Shown here: positions 36,186-48,474 of the stretch, in pieces
Layout: each line of letters starts with the position of its first letter
Position numbering within the stretch: the first letter of the stretch is position 1
Assembly (NCBI GenBank): GCA_964016885.1
Contig: OZ024744.1
Span: 42,594,001-42,658,000, forward strand
Reading direction: 5' to 3'
Source: Eledone cirrhosa
Taxonomy: Eukaryota
Length of the DNA: 64,000 bases
Translations under genes and position numbers: made by a program
The notes under the pieces: model-generated
Database searches by the model: none
What the model saw: the letters and a program-made list of their open reading frames with translations, nothing else
What the model was told of the DNA's origin: nothing

Positions 36186-38870
36186 TGTTAGTGCTCCTAT
36201 AACAATCAGGATGACCTTGATCTCATGAGAGTTCCAAATCCTTTTCAGTTCTCACTTTAAATCCTGGTACCGGTAAATTTTCTCCTTTTCCTTTTCTTGC
36301 ACTCTTGTATCTAAGGGGAAAGCTACATCTGTAATCAAGCAAGATCTTTTTTCTTTGTCAAAAACCACCAGATCAGGCCTATTGTGTTCTAATTTCTTGT
36401 CTGTCTGTATCCCACAACACCTTCAGCTAATCATTTACTATCCACCAACTCTGTATTATGCTCTTACCATTTCTCAGAATGTGGTAATTTGTTCAGTTTG
36501 CATAAATGCTAGTGAATCACTTTTCTTATTATATCATGCCTTTATATATTATAGTGAGTCTGGTCTGGATGTTTACACTTGGATATGATGTGAGCCAGTT
36601 TCCTCTCTCTTTACACAGATCCTACAGAGTAGCTAGCCTCCTCCTTATTAATATGGCATTTCATCCACTTTGTTCTTGTGCAGCCAGTTTCTGTGGCTTT
36701 ATTAATGTCCTGTTTCTTTAACCAGTTCCATATCTACTGATCTCTGAATTCCGTTTTCTTTAAAAATATGTTATGAAGGGTTTTTTTCATTCAGGTTGGT
36801 TTTTTTTCATTCAGGTTGTTTTTTACTTTGTTGTTATTTCTTTCCTGGACATCCCCTCGTCTAATGTCTCCTCCTTCAATACAGCCTCAAACATTGGCTT
36901 GTTACTCTCAGGCACATATTTGTGCAGACAGCTCTTCTCCATCTGAACACAGTCCTCCGTGCTGATAAGACCTCTTCTGCCTTCAGATCTCTTTAAGTAG
37001 GGTCTATCAGCACCACTCCTCTTGTGGAACATGTTGCAGGTAGTCATTAGCTTCCTAGTCTTTCTATCCATTTCTTTTTGATCAGTAACATTCCATTTAA
37101 GAATTCCCGCACAGTACCCAATAATAGACACAGTTCGAGAATTTACTGCACTTGTGACATTCCTACTATTTAGATGTGATTTTAGCATGTTCCTTATTCT
37201 CCTTGTGTATTCAGATCTTATCAATTCCTTTATTTTATTGTTCCTGGTGTCATCTGCCTCCAGAATACCCAAATACCTGTATTCCTCTTTAGTGTCAATT
37301 TCCTTTATCATCTCACCTGTTAGTACCTAGATTCCATTGCTTCTGGTCAATTTACCTCTCTTCATCACTAGGACTCCACACTTATTAACACCAAATTACA
37401 AACATATATCATTGCTGAAAATACGGACAGTGTCAACAAGTACATCCAACTCCTTCCTGCTTTTCCCAAGGAGCTTTATGGCGTCCATGAAGAGGAGGTA
37501 GTTGATGGTAAGCTCTCCTCTTCCTAGTTTGTATCCTGCCTTCACTCATTGCAATACGTGGAACAAGGGTATGAGAGTAAGGACAAATAATAAAGGGGAG
37601 AGACTATCTCCTTGGAAGATACCTCTCTTGATTTTCACTTCTCCGGGTCTCTGTCTCCCAGATTTTCATGCTATTACTTAATAGATTTCCAGACACTTGG
37701 TTATCCAAGAATGAGGAACCATGTTGAATGCCTTCTTGCAATCTATCCATTCCATGGCAAGACCAGTATGCCTCCTCTTGTAGATACTTATCATCTTATC
37801 AATAAGTAACTGGTCTTTTGTACCATGGAGTTCTTTCGGCATCCTTCCTGTTACTCTGGCAATAGGTTGCTTATGTCACGGTGGTAATAGATTTCCTTAG
37901 ACATAATACTTGTTAGTAATTTCCACATAAAGGACAGACATGTGATAGGTCTATAGTTGGTAACATCATTTCCCTTGGCTTTACATTGTACCTTTTACCA
38001 ACCACTGCAGTACTTCACCCAACACAAAGCAGTCATTGAACATGGCTGTTAGTTTTGAGTCAAGAGATGTTATATTTTTGTCCAAGATCATCCGGGCCTG
38101 GTGATTTCTAGTTGGTTAATTTATTGGCCTGCTGTTTAAGGGTTTCAACTGAGATACTCAAATTGGGTTGTTGGTGTGCTTGACATTAACCTCCTTTTTA
38201 ACAGTCTCAATCCACTCTGCCTGACTATTATATTGCTTTCGTGCCTCTATTATAACATTTAGTCCTTTTCCCTTTAAGTTGTAGTTCCTTGTCAATCTAT
38301 CTTTAGTGTTTAGATTTTGAAATGTTCTGTTTAATAAAGGCTCAAGTTTCCTGATGTCCTTTCTTATTTCGTTGATTTGACCATTCAACCACTTCTTCCA
38401 CCAAGGCTCTGTCTTTTCCCATCTGTTTTCCCTTGTTTTGATACCAAGCGATTTTTTTCACCACATTTGCAGCAGTTTTGAGGATGTTGTTGAAGATACT
38501 TCACCTCAAGGTATGGGATAACCCTGTTTACCTTAACTATCATTTCTTTTAACTTTTTTTCTGTCTACAAATCTTAGATTCTTAGGTTTCCCCCTATCAT
38601 TGTTCATTTCATCCATATTAAATACAGAATATCAACAAAATCTTTTCCTAGCCTACTAGCATTCATTTTCTCTATCGTCGTATTTTTACTCCAGATTTTA
38701 TCTCAACCATTATATCATTGTCTTCTTTAGTTACTTCTTCAGGTCTCATAACCACTTCAACCTCATTTTCTACTGGCTAATTTGCCTGATCTACTCCACT
38801 TTCCATTTCCAGCTTAATTTCTCTACTCAGTTTCTCCATTAGTTCTTATTATATGAGCCTGACCCACTAG
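36180..38870 (-). mobile_element. Second R4/Dong-clade element, heavily decayed
   Basis: NRPDLVVFDKEK..LITDVAFP, YRYLGILE, IFQGDSLS, YLLFMDAIK, NYRPITC, KSPGPD, PWWKK. Confidence 0.85.
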
Positions 38871-38889
38871 TTTTTGTTCACCTAATTTA

Positions 38890-39395
38890 ATTAAGGGGAC
38901 AAACTATCTCCTTAGAAGATACCTCTCTTGATCTTCACTCCTCCTAAGGATTCTCCACCTGTTGTTAGCTCTGTCTACCTCAGATGTTGTTTGCCACCTT
39001 GACAATCTCTAGGATTTTGGTTATCCAAGAATGAGGAACCATGTTGAATGCCTTCTTGTAGTCTATCCATCCCATGGTAAGATCAGTATGCTTCCTCTTG
39101 CAATTCCTTATTACCATCTTATCAATAAGTAACTGTATTTTTGCACCACGGGACTTCTTTCAGAATCCTTTCTATTCATCTGGCAATAAGTTGTTTATGT
39201 GAAGGTGATAGTAAATTTCCTAAGACACAATACTTGTTAGCAGTTTCTAGATTATGGACAGACATATGATAGGCCTGTAGTTGGTAATCTCATTACCTTT
39301 GATTCGGTCTTTCATTACCAGAACTGTGGTACCTTTTGTCAACCACTAGGTATTTCAACCAACATCAAGCAGTCATTGAACACGGCTATCAGTTT
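38890..39395 (-). mobile_element. R4/Dong RT fragment paralogous to 37590-38060; 5' junction at (TAA)n
   Basis: Colinear similarity, e.g. ggttatccaagaatgaggaaccatgttgaatgccttcttg; ttattattattattt at ~39396. Confidence 0.75.
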
Positions 39396-39436
39396 TATTA
39401 TTATTATTTCCATTATGTTTTTATTGCACATCATTA

Positions 39437-41530
39437 GAAGTGTATCCGGAATGATAAAGGTGAGCTTGCCCTCACAAGTGCTGAGAAGAAAGATGCATGG
39501 AAGAGTCATTATGATAGATTACTAAATGAGGAGAATGCATGGGAATAAGAGACCCTACCCCAAGTAGACCCTATAGAGGGGCCAGCAGTACAAGTCAGCA
39601 GCAACGTAGTAAGTAAGGCAATCAAAGATATGAAGATGGGGAAGGCAACCGGTCCATCGGGTATAGCTGCCGAGATGCTGAAAGCATCTGGGTCTGTAGG
39701 TCACACTATAACCACACGTATTGTTAACCAGGTAATACTAGAAGGTGTCATACCAAAAGATTGGTGCAGTAGCATCATTGTCAACTGCTACAAAGGTAAA
39801 GGTGATGCACTAGATAGAGGAAACTATAGAGGTATAAAGCTGATGGACCAGGTCATGAAAGTAACAGAAAGAGTTATAGCACAGTTGATTAGGGACCGGG
39901 TGAAAATAGATGAGATGCAATTTGGGTTTGTACCAGGAAGAGGCACCACTGATGCCGTCTTCCTTGTGAGGCAGTTACAGAAAAAGTACCTAGCTAAAAG
40001 TAAGCCACTCTACTTGGCATTTGTCAACCTTGAGAAAGCCTTTGACAGAGTTCCACGTGCTGTAATCTGGTGGGCTCTTAGAAAACTAGGAGTAGATGAA
40101 TGGCTTGTGAAAGCTGTACAAGCCATGTACAGGGCAGCAGTCAGCAAAGTTAGGATTAGCAATGAGTATAGCGAGGAATTTAGCGTACAGGTTGGGGTCC
40201 ACCAGGGCTCTGTTCTTAGCCCCCTCCTGTTCATCATAGTCCTGCAGGCAATAACGGAGGAGTTTAAGACCGGATGCCCATGGGAACTCCTGTATGCTGA
40301 TGACCTCGCACTTATAGCTGAATCTATGATAGAACTAGAGAAGAAATTCCAAATTTGGAAGCAGGGACTAGAAAGAAAGGGTCTCAAAGTCAACATGACA
40401 AAGACTAAGGTCCTTGTAAGTAGACGAGAAAACAGAAGCCAGATCCCCTCAGGGAAATGGCCTTGCTCAGTATGTAGGAAAGGTGTAGGTAGGAACTCCA
40501 TTCTCTGCCCCAAATGCAAACAATGGGTACACAAGAGATGTAGCAGGATCTCAGGAAGCTTAATTAAGAATGTAGGCTTCACATGCAGCAGCTGTGCTGG
40601 GACAGCAAGCAGCAAACAGCCACAAGAAACAAGTACCACCAATCTCTGGGAGGGCTCTGTAGAAACAGTAGACAGCTTCTGCTACCTAGGTGACCGAATT
40701 AGCAGCGGAGGTGGGTGTTCAGAAAGTACAATAACTAGGGTAAGAACGGGATGGAAGAAGTTTAGGGAACTACTACCACTGCTAGCTGCAAAAGGCTTCT
40801 CCCTCAGAAGGAAAGGCAGACTGTATGATGCGTGTATCCGAACAGCGATGTTGCATGGTAGTGAGACCTGGGCGCTGAAGGTGGAAGACTTACGTAGATT
40901 AGAGAGAAACGAAGCCTGCATGCTCCGATGGATGTGTAACAGTAATATACGTGAACGACAAAGCATAAATGAATTGAGAGAGAGACTCAGCATAAGAGGA
41001 ATCGAATGCTGTGCGCAGGAGAAGCGGTTGCGCTGGTATGGACATGTGATGCGTATGAAGGATGACAGCTGCATAAAAAGGTGCAGAGCATTAGAAGTCG
41101 ATGGAAACCACGGAGTGGGGAGACCCAAGATGACCTGGGATGAGGTGATAAAAGCCGACCTTACCCACTTACACCTCTCAAAGGCAATGACACACGACCG
41201 TGACCTCTGGCGTCACGCAGTAATACAGAGTACCCGACCTCCCATGCGTACAAGCTGAAGCATATAGACAATATGTCCCCACACCCTCCAGCGCAAGGTG
41301 GTCATGGAGGTGCCACGGCAAAAAGGCACCCAGCCAACACTGTAAAGTGGACGTGTAGGCGCCACGAAAAAGCACCCAACACTCACTGTAAATGAGGTTG
41401 GTGTTAGGAAGGGCATCCAGCTGTAGAATCAAGCCAAATCAGTTCCTGTATGAGCAAGGCATGGACAGCCGACCAGACACTGCCTACAACAGGACAACCC
41501 GTCTAACTCACGGACGTAAAACGGTGATCA
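39437..41530 (+). mobile_element. 5'-truncated young RTE LINE copy
   Basis: Close match to 1749-3895 (reverse complement); catcatta at both junctions. Confidence 0.95.
39630..41258 (+). CDS. RTE reverse transcriptase + PHD finger + C-terminal domain (542 aa, no endonuclease)
   Basis: Uninterrupted ORF with YADD; FVN in place of catalytic FVD; upstream in-frame stop at ~39546. Confidence 0.85.
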   Translation: MKMGKATGPSGIAAEMLKASGSVGHTITTRIVNQVILEGVIPKDWCSSIIVNCYKGKGDALDRGNYRGIKLMDQVMKVTERVIAQLIRDRVKIDEMQFGFVPGRGTTDAVFLVRQLQKKYLAKSKPLYLAFVNLEKAFDRVPRAVIWWALRKLGVDEWLVKAVQAMYRAAVSKVRISNEYSEEFSVQVGVHQGSVLSPLLFIIVLQAITEEFKTGCPWELLYADDLALIAESMIELEKKFQIWKQGLERKGLKVNMTKTKVLVSRRENRSQIPSGKWPCSVCRKGVGRNSILCPKCKQWVHKRCSRISGSLIKNVGFTCSSCAGTASSKQPQETSTTNLWEGSVETVDSFCYLGDRISSGGGCSESTITRVRTGWKKFRELLPLLAAKGFSLRRKGRLYDACIRTAMLHGSETWALKVEDLRRLERNEACMLRWMCNSNIRERQSINELRERLSIRGIECCAQEKRLRWYGHVMRMKDDSCIKRCRALEVDGNHGVGRPKMTWDEVIKADLTHLHLSKAMTHDRDLWRHAVIQSTRPPMRTS

Positions 41531-41649
41531 TCATTACTACTTTACTGAGCACAGCTCTGTGCATCTTGGGTATGCGCAGTGTAGTTTTTGCTGATGTTGT
41601 TTCTATTGTATTATTATTATTGACCACATTAGTAGAGTCTCAGACAACA

Positions 41650-41785
41650 TGCTTTGCAGCATAGAGTTATGGACCTTTATGTTCTGGTTAACTTTGCTTT
41701 TCATCCTTACGGGGTCGATAAAATAAAGTACCAGCAATGCACTGGGATAATTGCTGGCCCTGTGCCGAAAATAGAAACAATTATT
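41650..41785 (+). mobile_element. SINE family A, partial
   Basis: ctttcatccttacggggtcgataaaataaagtaccag, tail aattattattat. Confidence 0.8.
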
Positions 41786-41791
41786 ATTATT

Positions 41792-44510
41792 ATTTCTCTA
41801 CTATTTCATTTAGTTCAGTTCTGTTTCTCTATTGCCGGGTTCAGGCCTTGAACCTGGCAATAGATGTTTTCATTGTAGAGAGAGAACTCATCTGGAAATG
41901 TGTGCTGTTCCTAGTAGCCTGATCTTCTGTAGCTCATATTTACTGATCTTGCAGAGAAGGGACTAAGGTGCAGGTCTGAGGATTTGGGTATTAATCTTAG
42001 TGCTCCTATTACCACAGGGATAGTGTTTGTGGTCATCCTCCATATGTGGTTGATCTCTATTTCCAGGTCTTTGTATTTTGACAGTTTTTCCATTGTTATT
42101 ATAGATATATTCTTGTCAACTGGTACGGAAATATTTATAAGGCTACATGTCTGATCTGTTTTGTTTTGTATGATGATATCTGGTCTGTTAGCGGCAATGC
42201 AGTTGTGTCTTTTGATATAGTCAATTTTTGCCAGCTCTGGACATGATAGCATGATCTACCATTCTTCATGTTTGTAGCATATTCTGGATAGAGGGCTAGT
42301 TCCATCTTTCACTATTCTGTGTTTAGAGTTTGGTCTTGTGCAGCAGCTAAGAGTCCTTCAGTCTCTGCTTTCAAACCAGCACTTGAGCCAGGATAGTGAG
42401 CCATGCTGATCGATATCATTGTCAGAAAGTAGTTCTAGGAATCTACCATGTAGTGGTTTTGCCTTCCATTCATGGTTTAGTTCCTCTGTTTGGAGTTTCT
42501 TTGCTATGAACTTCACAGTCCTAGCTAGCTGTGCAGCACTCTGTTGTTGATTTGCTATGGGTATGTCTTGTTCCATGTTCAGTTTTAAAATCCAACCTTG
42601 GTAGTTCTTGCAGGTTCCAGTTTATGATGTTAAAGCTGGTACTGCTAGACTGTTAATGGCTTTGAACTTGTTGCAGGAGTTTAGCTCACTTTTTCTTACC
42701 AGTCTCACTCTCCTTGGGTACTCCTTCCGGATCTTTTCCTTCATATTTACATGCTGGATTCCATCTCCTTCATTAACTCCAAGATATTTGTAGAACTCTT
42801 TATTGTTAAATTCCTTTATAGTAGTTTGTTGGTCTATGACAATATCTTTATGGTTAGAGAGCAACCCTCTCCTGAATGTGGCTTTTGTACACTTGTCTAG
42901 TCCAGATTCCATATGGATGTCATCACTGAATTGTTTTACTGTGTGCAGTAAAGCTTCCAGCTGCCCATCATTGTTTTCAAATAGCTTCATACCATCCATA
43001 TAAAGAAAGTGCCTGTGGTGTCTGTTGTTTCTACTCTACCCTGTAGTCTATCTAGGCCATTGACAAGTTTTTATTTTTTGTTTGCAGTTTTCCGTTCATT
43101 TATTAGTAGCTGATCTTTGCACCCATAACTCCCTGGTTTACAGCCTTTTTGTTCATGTGGCAATAGATCTCCACAGATGAGGTAATTGTAGACCCTGTTG
43201 GTAATTGATGATGTGCAGGCTTTGTACATCGTTGGGAGACATGTAATGGGTAGTTTGGGGGATTTTCTGTGCATTCATTCTTTGGTAGAAGATACGTTAT
43301 ACCAGCTGTCATCCACTTTGGGACCTCTCTTGGGTTTGCTACAATCCCGGAGAATTCAGCAGCCAAGGCTTCATGGAGCACATCCAGATGTTGCAGCCAG
43401 AAATTCTGCATGCCATCTCTTCCCGGTGATTTCCAGTTTCTAACATTGCTGACTGCTGTTTTTATTTCTTGTGAGGTTGTCTCATTCCATTCCTGGGTTC
43501 AAAGAGGGATTTCCAATTGTTCCATGTGACATTGGAGTTGTGATCTTTAGCTTTTTCCCAAATATATGCCCCAAAGTGTTCAACGTCATCAAGCCTTATT
43601 TCAATATTTTTCTTACCTAACTGGCTGTAAAATCTTTTGGCATTTTTGGCAAAGATTTTGTTTTGTTTAAAGAAGTTAGCACTTTTTTTGCATTTTCTTT
43701 GTCTCTGCGCCTTTGCCTGTATCATTTGCTTGATTGATTCAACAATTTCTTTCCAGCCTGATGTCCAGTTGGCCTTGTATTTCTTCCTCAGCCTAGAAAG
43801 CTTTTGGAGGTTGATATCAGTTCCCTTACCTATTTCAGATACAAGAGAGTGACATCTTTCGCAACTTTGTAATTTTGTTCTTCAGCTGTCTCTGGCATTT
43901 CAGTATTACCTTTGTGTTTATTTTCCCTGTTCGTATTTTGGGGTGCAGCTTACCAGCAATTACTGTTGCAGTGGCATATAGCAGCTGATTAATCTCATCA
44001 GGTGTCAGTGGTTTTCCGTGTTCGCCTCTGAATACCTCTAGTGCTTTGTTAGCTAGATTGACCTTCTTTAGCTGATGCATGACTCTGGGCACTTTCTGGA
44101 GTTTTGTCCAATCTATCAAATCCTGTATTTTCAGAATCTCCCACTCATGCAGAATATCTTCCTTCATTGTCCAGACAGCAGCACCAACCAGTGAGCTATC
44201 ACCTACATGTACATGTTCAGGGAGGTTCATATCTGTGGGAGTTTCAGCAATACTCTTACCATCAGCCGGGATCATTATGTTGCTCACTTATGTCTGTTTT
44301 GATGGTTTCCAGTTGATTCAGTGAGTCTTTTGCTCCTCATAATGTCTCTTCTCACATTAGCTAACTTATTCATGTCATGAGTTCTCTCTCGGAAACAGGA
44401 TGGTAGTATAGTATGCAGCCATCAGTGCTTTGTATCCCTCTCTGGTCCATGTTTGTCGTGGCCTTTTATCATGTACCTTGGTGTTGTACCCTGTGGCTCA
44501 TTGTGAGGTT
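41792..44510 (-). mobile_element. Third R4/Dong-clade element, internally deleted; 3' end at (TAA)n
   Basis: NWKSPG.D..NFWL, PITCLPTMYK, EQKGC...GCKDQLLI, FLYMDGMKLF, YKYLG, NRPDIII...EKLSKYKDLEIEI; 3'UTR hairpin 41832-41860. Confidence 0.88.
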
Positions 44511-44527
44511 TGTTATCATTAATAATA

Positions 44528-44880
44528 GTGGATTGGCAGTATTGTTAGAGTGTTAAACAACATGCCTTGTTGCATATAGTTACATCCCTTTACATTCTGA
44601 ACTCAAATCCCTCCTCGGTTAGCATTGCCCCTCATCCTTATTATAAGTATTCAGTTATGGTGGTTGACATTCTGAGTTCAAATCCTGTCGAGGTTAGCTT
44701 TGCCTTTCATCCTTACGGGGTTTATAAAATAAAGTACCAGTAACACACTGGGTTGATTTATTCAACTTTCCCGTCCTTTAAAATCGTTGGCCTTGTGCCT
44801 GAATCGAAAACGATTATTATTGTTATTTACTATTGGTAGAGGGTCGGACGCCATGCTTTGCAGCATAGAGTATGATCATG
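44528..44880 (+). mobile_element. Cluster of SINE family A fragments
   Basis: Repeated head and core motifs. Confidence 0.7.
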
Positions 44881-45208
44881 AGGTCAATTCTCTGTGGCAA
44901 ATTATGTTCTTGAACAAGACATTTTATTTCATGTCATCCCACTCAACTCAGCTGGCAAAAAGGAGTTGTATTTGTAATTCAAAAGGCCAGCCATGTATCA
45001 TGCTTGATATTCCTGAGAACTGCGTTAACCCTTTCATGACTACATTTATAATGAAATACATTCTACAGGGTCTCCCCAAAAAATGTATACACACTTTGAT
45101 TACGTGTACAGGCAATATTTATTAGAATGCACAGACTTTCCCAAAAATGAAATGATCTACAGACATAATTCAGTTGTATGTAAACACCCAAAAATGTTTA
45201 CATAATTT

Positions 45209-47336
45209 AATGAAGGCGGGTAAGGCGGCTGGGCCTTCGGAAATAGTTGCTGAGATGCTGAAAGCCTCTGGAACGGTGGGACACACCATGGTCACCCGGA
45301 TAGTAAACCAAGTCATACAGAATGGGGTTGTTCCGAAGGACTGGCATAGCAGCATCATCATTAACTGTTACAAGGGTAAAGGAGATGCCCTAGATAGGTG
45401 TAACTATAGAGGTATTAAATTAATCGACCAGGTCATGAAGGTCACGGAAAAAGTAATAGCGCAAATAATCAGAGACAGAATTGATCTAGATGAAATGCAG
45501 TTCGGGTTTGTGTCAGGCAAAAGTACCACAGACGCTCTTTTCATTGTACGACAACTACAGGAGAAGTACCTAGCTAAAAGTAAACCCCTATACTTAGCTT
45601 TTGTTGACTTGGAGAAAGCCTTCGACAGAGTCCCCCGTTCCATTATCTGGTGGGCTCTTAGAAAACTAGGTGTTGACGAATCGCTTGTGAGAGCTATACA
45701 AGCCATGTTTAAAGAAACAGTCAGCAAGGTTAGAATTAACAACGAATATAGTGAAGAGTTTAGCGTAAAAGTTGGTGTCCATCAGGGCTCTGTTCTTAGC
45801 CCCCTACTATTTATTATTGCCCTTCAGGCTATAACAGAGGAGTTCAAGACCGGCTGCCCATGGGAACTCCTATACGCAGATGATCTAACGCTCATAGCTG
45901 AATCAATGACCGAACTAGAGAAGAAATTCCAAACATGGAAGCACGGCCTAGAATCAAAAGGCCTTAAAATTAACCTGGCTAAGACTAAAGTTCTAGTTTG
46001 TAGGAAAGAAAATAAGGCGGCGGTCCCTTCCGGGAAATGGCCATGCTCAGTGTGTAGGAAAGGCGTAGGTAGAAACTCCATTTTATGTCCCAAATGCAAA
46101 GTATGGGTGCATAAAAGATGTAGTGGGATCACAGATAAGCTAACTAAGAACATAGATTTTACATGTGGCCGGTGCTCTGGTGCAATAAGTAGCAGCAAGT
46201 GCCCACAAAATACTAGCTCTTTCAATTGCGCAGAGGGTTCTATAGAAATAGTTGACAGCTTCCGTTACCTGGGTGACAAAATCAGCAGTGGGGGAGGGTG
46301 CTCTGAAAGTACAGTAGCTAGAGTCAGAACTGGATGGAAAAAGTTCAGAGAGCTTATACCACTATTAGCCGCTAAAGGGTTCTCCCTAAAAATGAAAGGC
46401 AGGTTATACGATGCCTGCATACGAACAGCAATGCTGCATGGCAGTGAGACCTGGGCATTGTGTGCAGAGGATATACGCAGACTAGAGAGGAACGAAGCTT
46501 GCATGCTCCGCTGGATGTGCAATAGTAATATACGTGAACGGCTAAGCATAAACGAACTAAGGAAAAAATTAGGAATAAGAGGGATCAGATGTTGTTTACT
46601 CGAGAGAAGGCTACGTTGGTATGGTCATGTGATGCGCATGAAAGACGACAGCTGTATAACAAAGTGCAAGGCAATAAAGATAGACGGTAGCCATGGAGTA
46701 GGCAGACCCAGAAAAACCTGGGACGACATGATAAATTCCGACCTCACACGCTTACACCTCTCCAAGACAATGTCACTGGACCGAGACCTTTGGCGGTACT
46801 CAGTAATAGAGAAGACCCGCCTTACCTAAATACAAAGTAAAACCTACTACAGTCAGTAGGCATCTCTATCAAAACACACTTCCGTCCCACCACCCCCACC
46901 CCATCCACACCGCCCCTTTCAATGTAAAGTTATGTTGGTGCCACAACATCCAGGCCGAAACAAATGAGATCGTGTAGGTGTCACGACAAAAAAACACACA
47001 GTCCACGCTGTAAATGTGGCCGTGTAGGCAACACGGTAAAAACCTCCCAGCCCCACACTGTAAATGTGGTTGGTGTTAGGAAGGGCATCCAGCTGTAGAA
47101 AACCCGCCAGACAGTCCACGCTGTAATGTGGCCGTGTAGGCAACACGGTAAAAACCTCCCAGCCCCACACTGTAAATGTGGTTGGTGTTAGGAAGGGCAC
47201 CAGCTGTAGAAAACCCGCCAGACAGTCCTATGCGAGCAAGACAACCACTCTTGACTCAAGTGGGAAAACCCCATCCAAACCCATGCAAGCGTGGAACACG
47301 GACGCTAAACCTTGATGATGATGATGATGATGATGA
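45209..47336 (+). mobile_element. 5'-truncated RTE LINE of a second, diverged subfamily with (GAT)n tail
   Basis: Intact ORF to 46829, many third-position differences from the 39630 copy; ~105-bp tandem duplication in the 3'UTR. Confidence 0.95.
45210..46829 (+). CDS. RTE RT + PHD finger + C-terminal domain, intact but lacking endonuclease
   Basis: FVDLEKAFD, QGSVLSP, YADD, CSVC..CPKC..H..C..CGRC, RLRWYGHV; first 12 aa of the track ORF come from the flanking MITE. Confidence 0.85.
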   Translation: MKAGKAAGPSEIVAEMLKASGTVGHTMVTRIVNQVIQNGVVPKDWHSSIIINCYKGKGDALDRCNYRGIKLIDQVMKVTEKVIAQIIRDRIDLDEMQFGFVSGKSTTDALFIVRQLQEKYLAKSKPLYLAFVDLEKAFDRVPRSIIWWALRKLGVDESLVRAIQAMFKETVSKVRINNEYSEEFSVKVGVHQGSVLSPLLFIIALQAITEEFKTGCPWELLYADDLTLIAESMTELEKKFQTWKHGLESKGLKINLAKTKVLVCRKENKAAVPSGKWPCSVCRKGVGRNSILCPKCKVWVHKRCSGITDKLTKNIDFTCGRCSGAISSSKCPQNTSSFNCAEGSIEIVDSFRYLGDKISSGGGCSESTVARVRTGWKKFRELIPLLAAKGFSLKMKGRLYDACIRTAMLHGSETWALCAEDIRRLERNEACMLRWMCNSNIRERLSINELRKKLGIRGIRCCLLERRLRWYGHVMRMKDDSCITKCKAIKIDGSHGVGRPRKTWDDMINSDLTRLHLSKTMSLDRDLWRYSVIEKTRLT

Positions 47337-47769
47337 AATAATGCATTTTAAAACAGAATTTATTTTAATGCATTTTTTAAAGATTTTGTTGTATATACAT
47401 TTTTGGCGGACACCCTGGATTTTGAAGGATTTACTAAAATTATTAATTACTTCATTATTGATATAACTTAGTCTATATAAAATTATGTTGGAAGATTTTA
47501 ATTCAAATTGGAAACCTTTAAAATGAGGGGGGGGGGGGTTATTTCATAGGACCAGAGCCAGGGTACACACATTTCTGGAATGCTCAGTTGCTTTAATGTT
47601 AATTTTATGAACAGGCTGTTGCTTTGATTGAGACAATTGCAATACTTGCACTGAGGGAGATCCAACACTGAAACCAACAACAAATAAAAATCAAATAAAA
47701 GGTACAAAAATCTTAGAAGAATCCTTAGAATTTTTTTTTCATCTGAAACGATCTTCAATAATTATATGC

Positions 47770-48040
47770 TAGGTAGATGCCAACAGGAGAATGTGTCAGT
47801 AATCCTTCTTGGAATAAGATAGAAGTAGATAGGGCATTTCATCAGAAGAGAGCAAGATAGCATCACAAGAACAGCCCTGGATACCAGAAGGGAAGTGAAA
47901 ACAAGGAAGGCCAAAGAATAGTTGAGGGAGAGATGAAGACCTGGCAACACACATGGGGGACAATCCAGAAGCTGGTCAAAGTCTGACTGAAGTGGAGGAC
48001 CTTCGTTGCTACACAGTGGACATAACGAGCAGTTGAAGAA
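47770..48040 (+). mobile_element. Decayed C-terminal fragment of a different RTE family
   Basis: IGHFIRREQDSITRTAL..PEGK.KQGRP...TWGTIQKL....WRTFVA resembles the RTE C-terminus. Confidence 0.55.
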
Positions 48041-48474
48041 AAGGTCAAAACTACAGAAATTGACCGATGGTTTGGACCACTCCACACTCACATAAAGGAG
48101 GATTCCACAAGAGAAAATCTGTAAGGTAGACAAAGAATGTTTTCAGGACCCAGAAGGTGTGGGGAACAACTTTCAAAATTTAAGAAGGCTGAAAGGTTTT
48201 TTTTTTTGTTTATTTTGAGGGGTGGGATTATCAGATATTCGCAGCACCATCTTCAACACCCTCTCTGTCTCTCTGGGCCCTGGACCAATGTACCCACTAA
48301 ACCCTGTCCACCACCACTACCACATTCCACACACACACACTATACCCTGAATGTCCTTTATTTGGAGATGGTTGCTTCTGATGAGAAATTCTGGCAGACG
48401 TGTCTGAGTACTCTGCCTCCACGACTGTCTCAGGAATAGGTGAAAAGAAGAAAAAAAAGGAATATATAATTAAA

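Larger units (their letters stand above)
45066..47417. mobile_element. Tc1/mariner-like MITE split by the RTE insertion
   Basis: TIRs ta-cagggtctccccaaaaaatgtatacaca and tgtatatacattttttggcggacaccctg. Confidence 0.75.
45026..47500. mobile_element. piggyBac-like MITE remnant hosting nested insertions
   Basis: TTAA-CCCTTT end at 45026; resumes at 47420 with ttttgaaggatttactaaa..attaatta, also seen at 52250; AAAGAG-TTAA end at ~53260 and another TTAACCCTTT at 26654. Confidence 0.5.
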
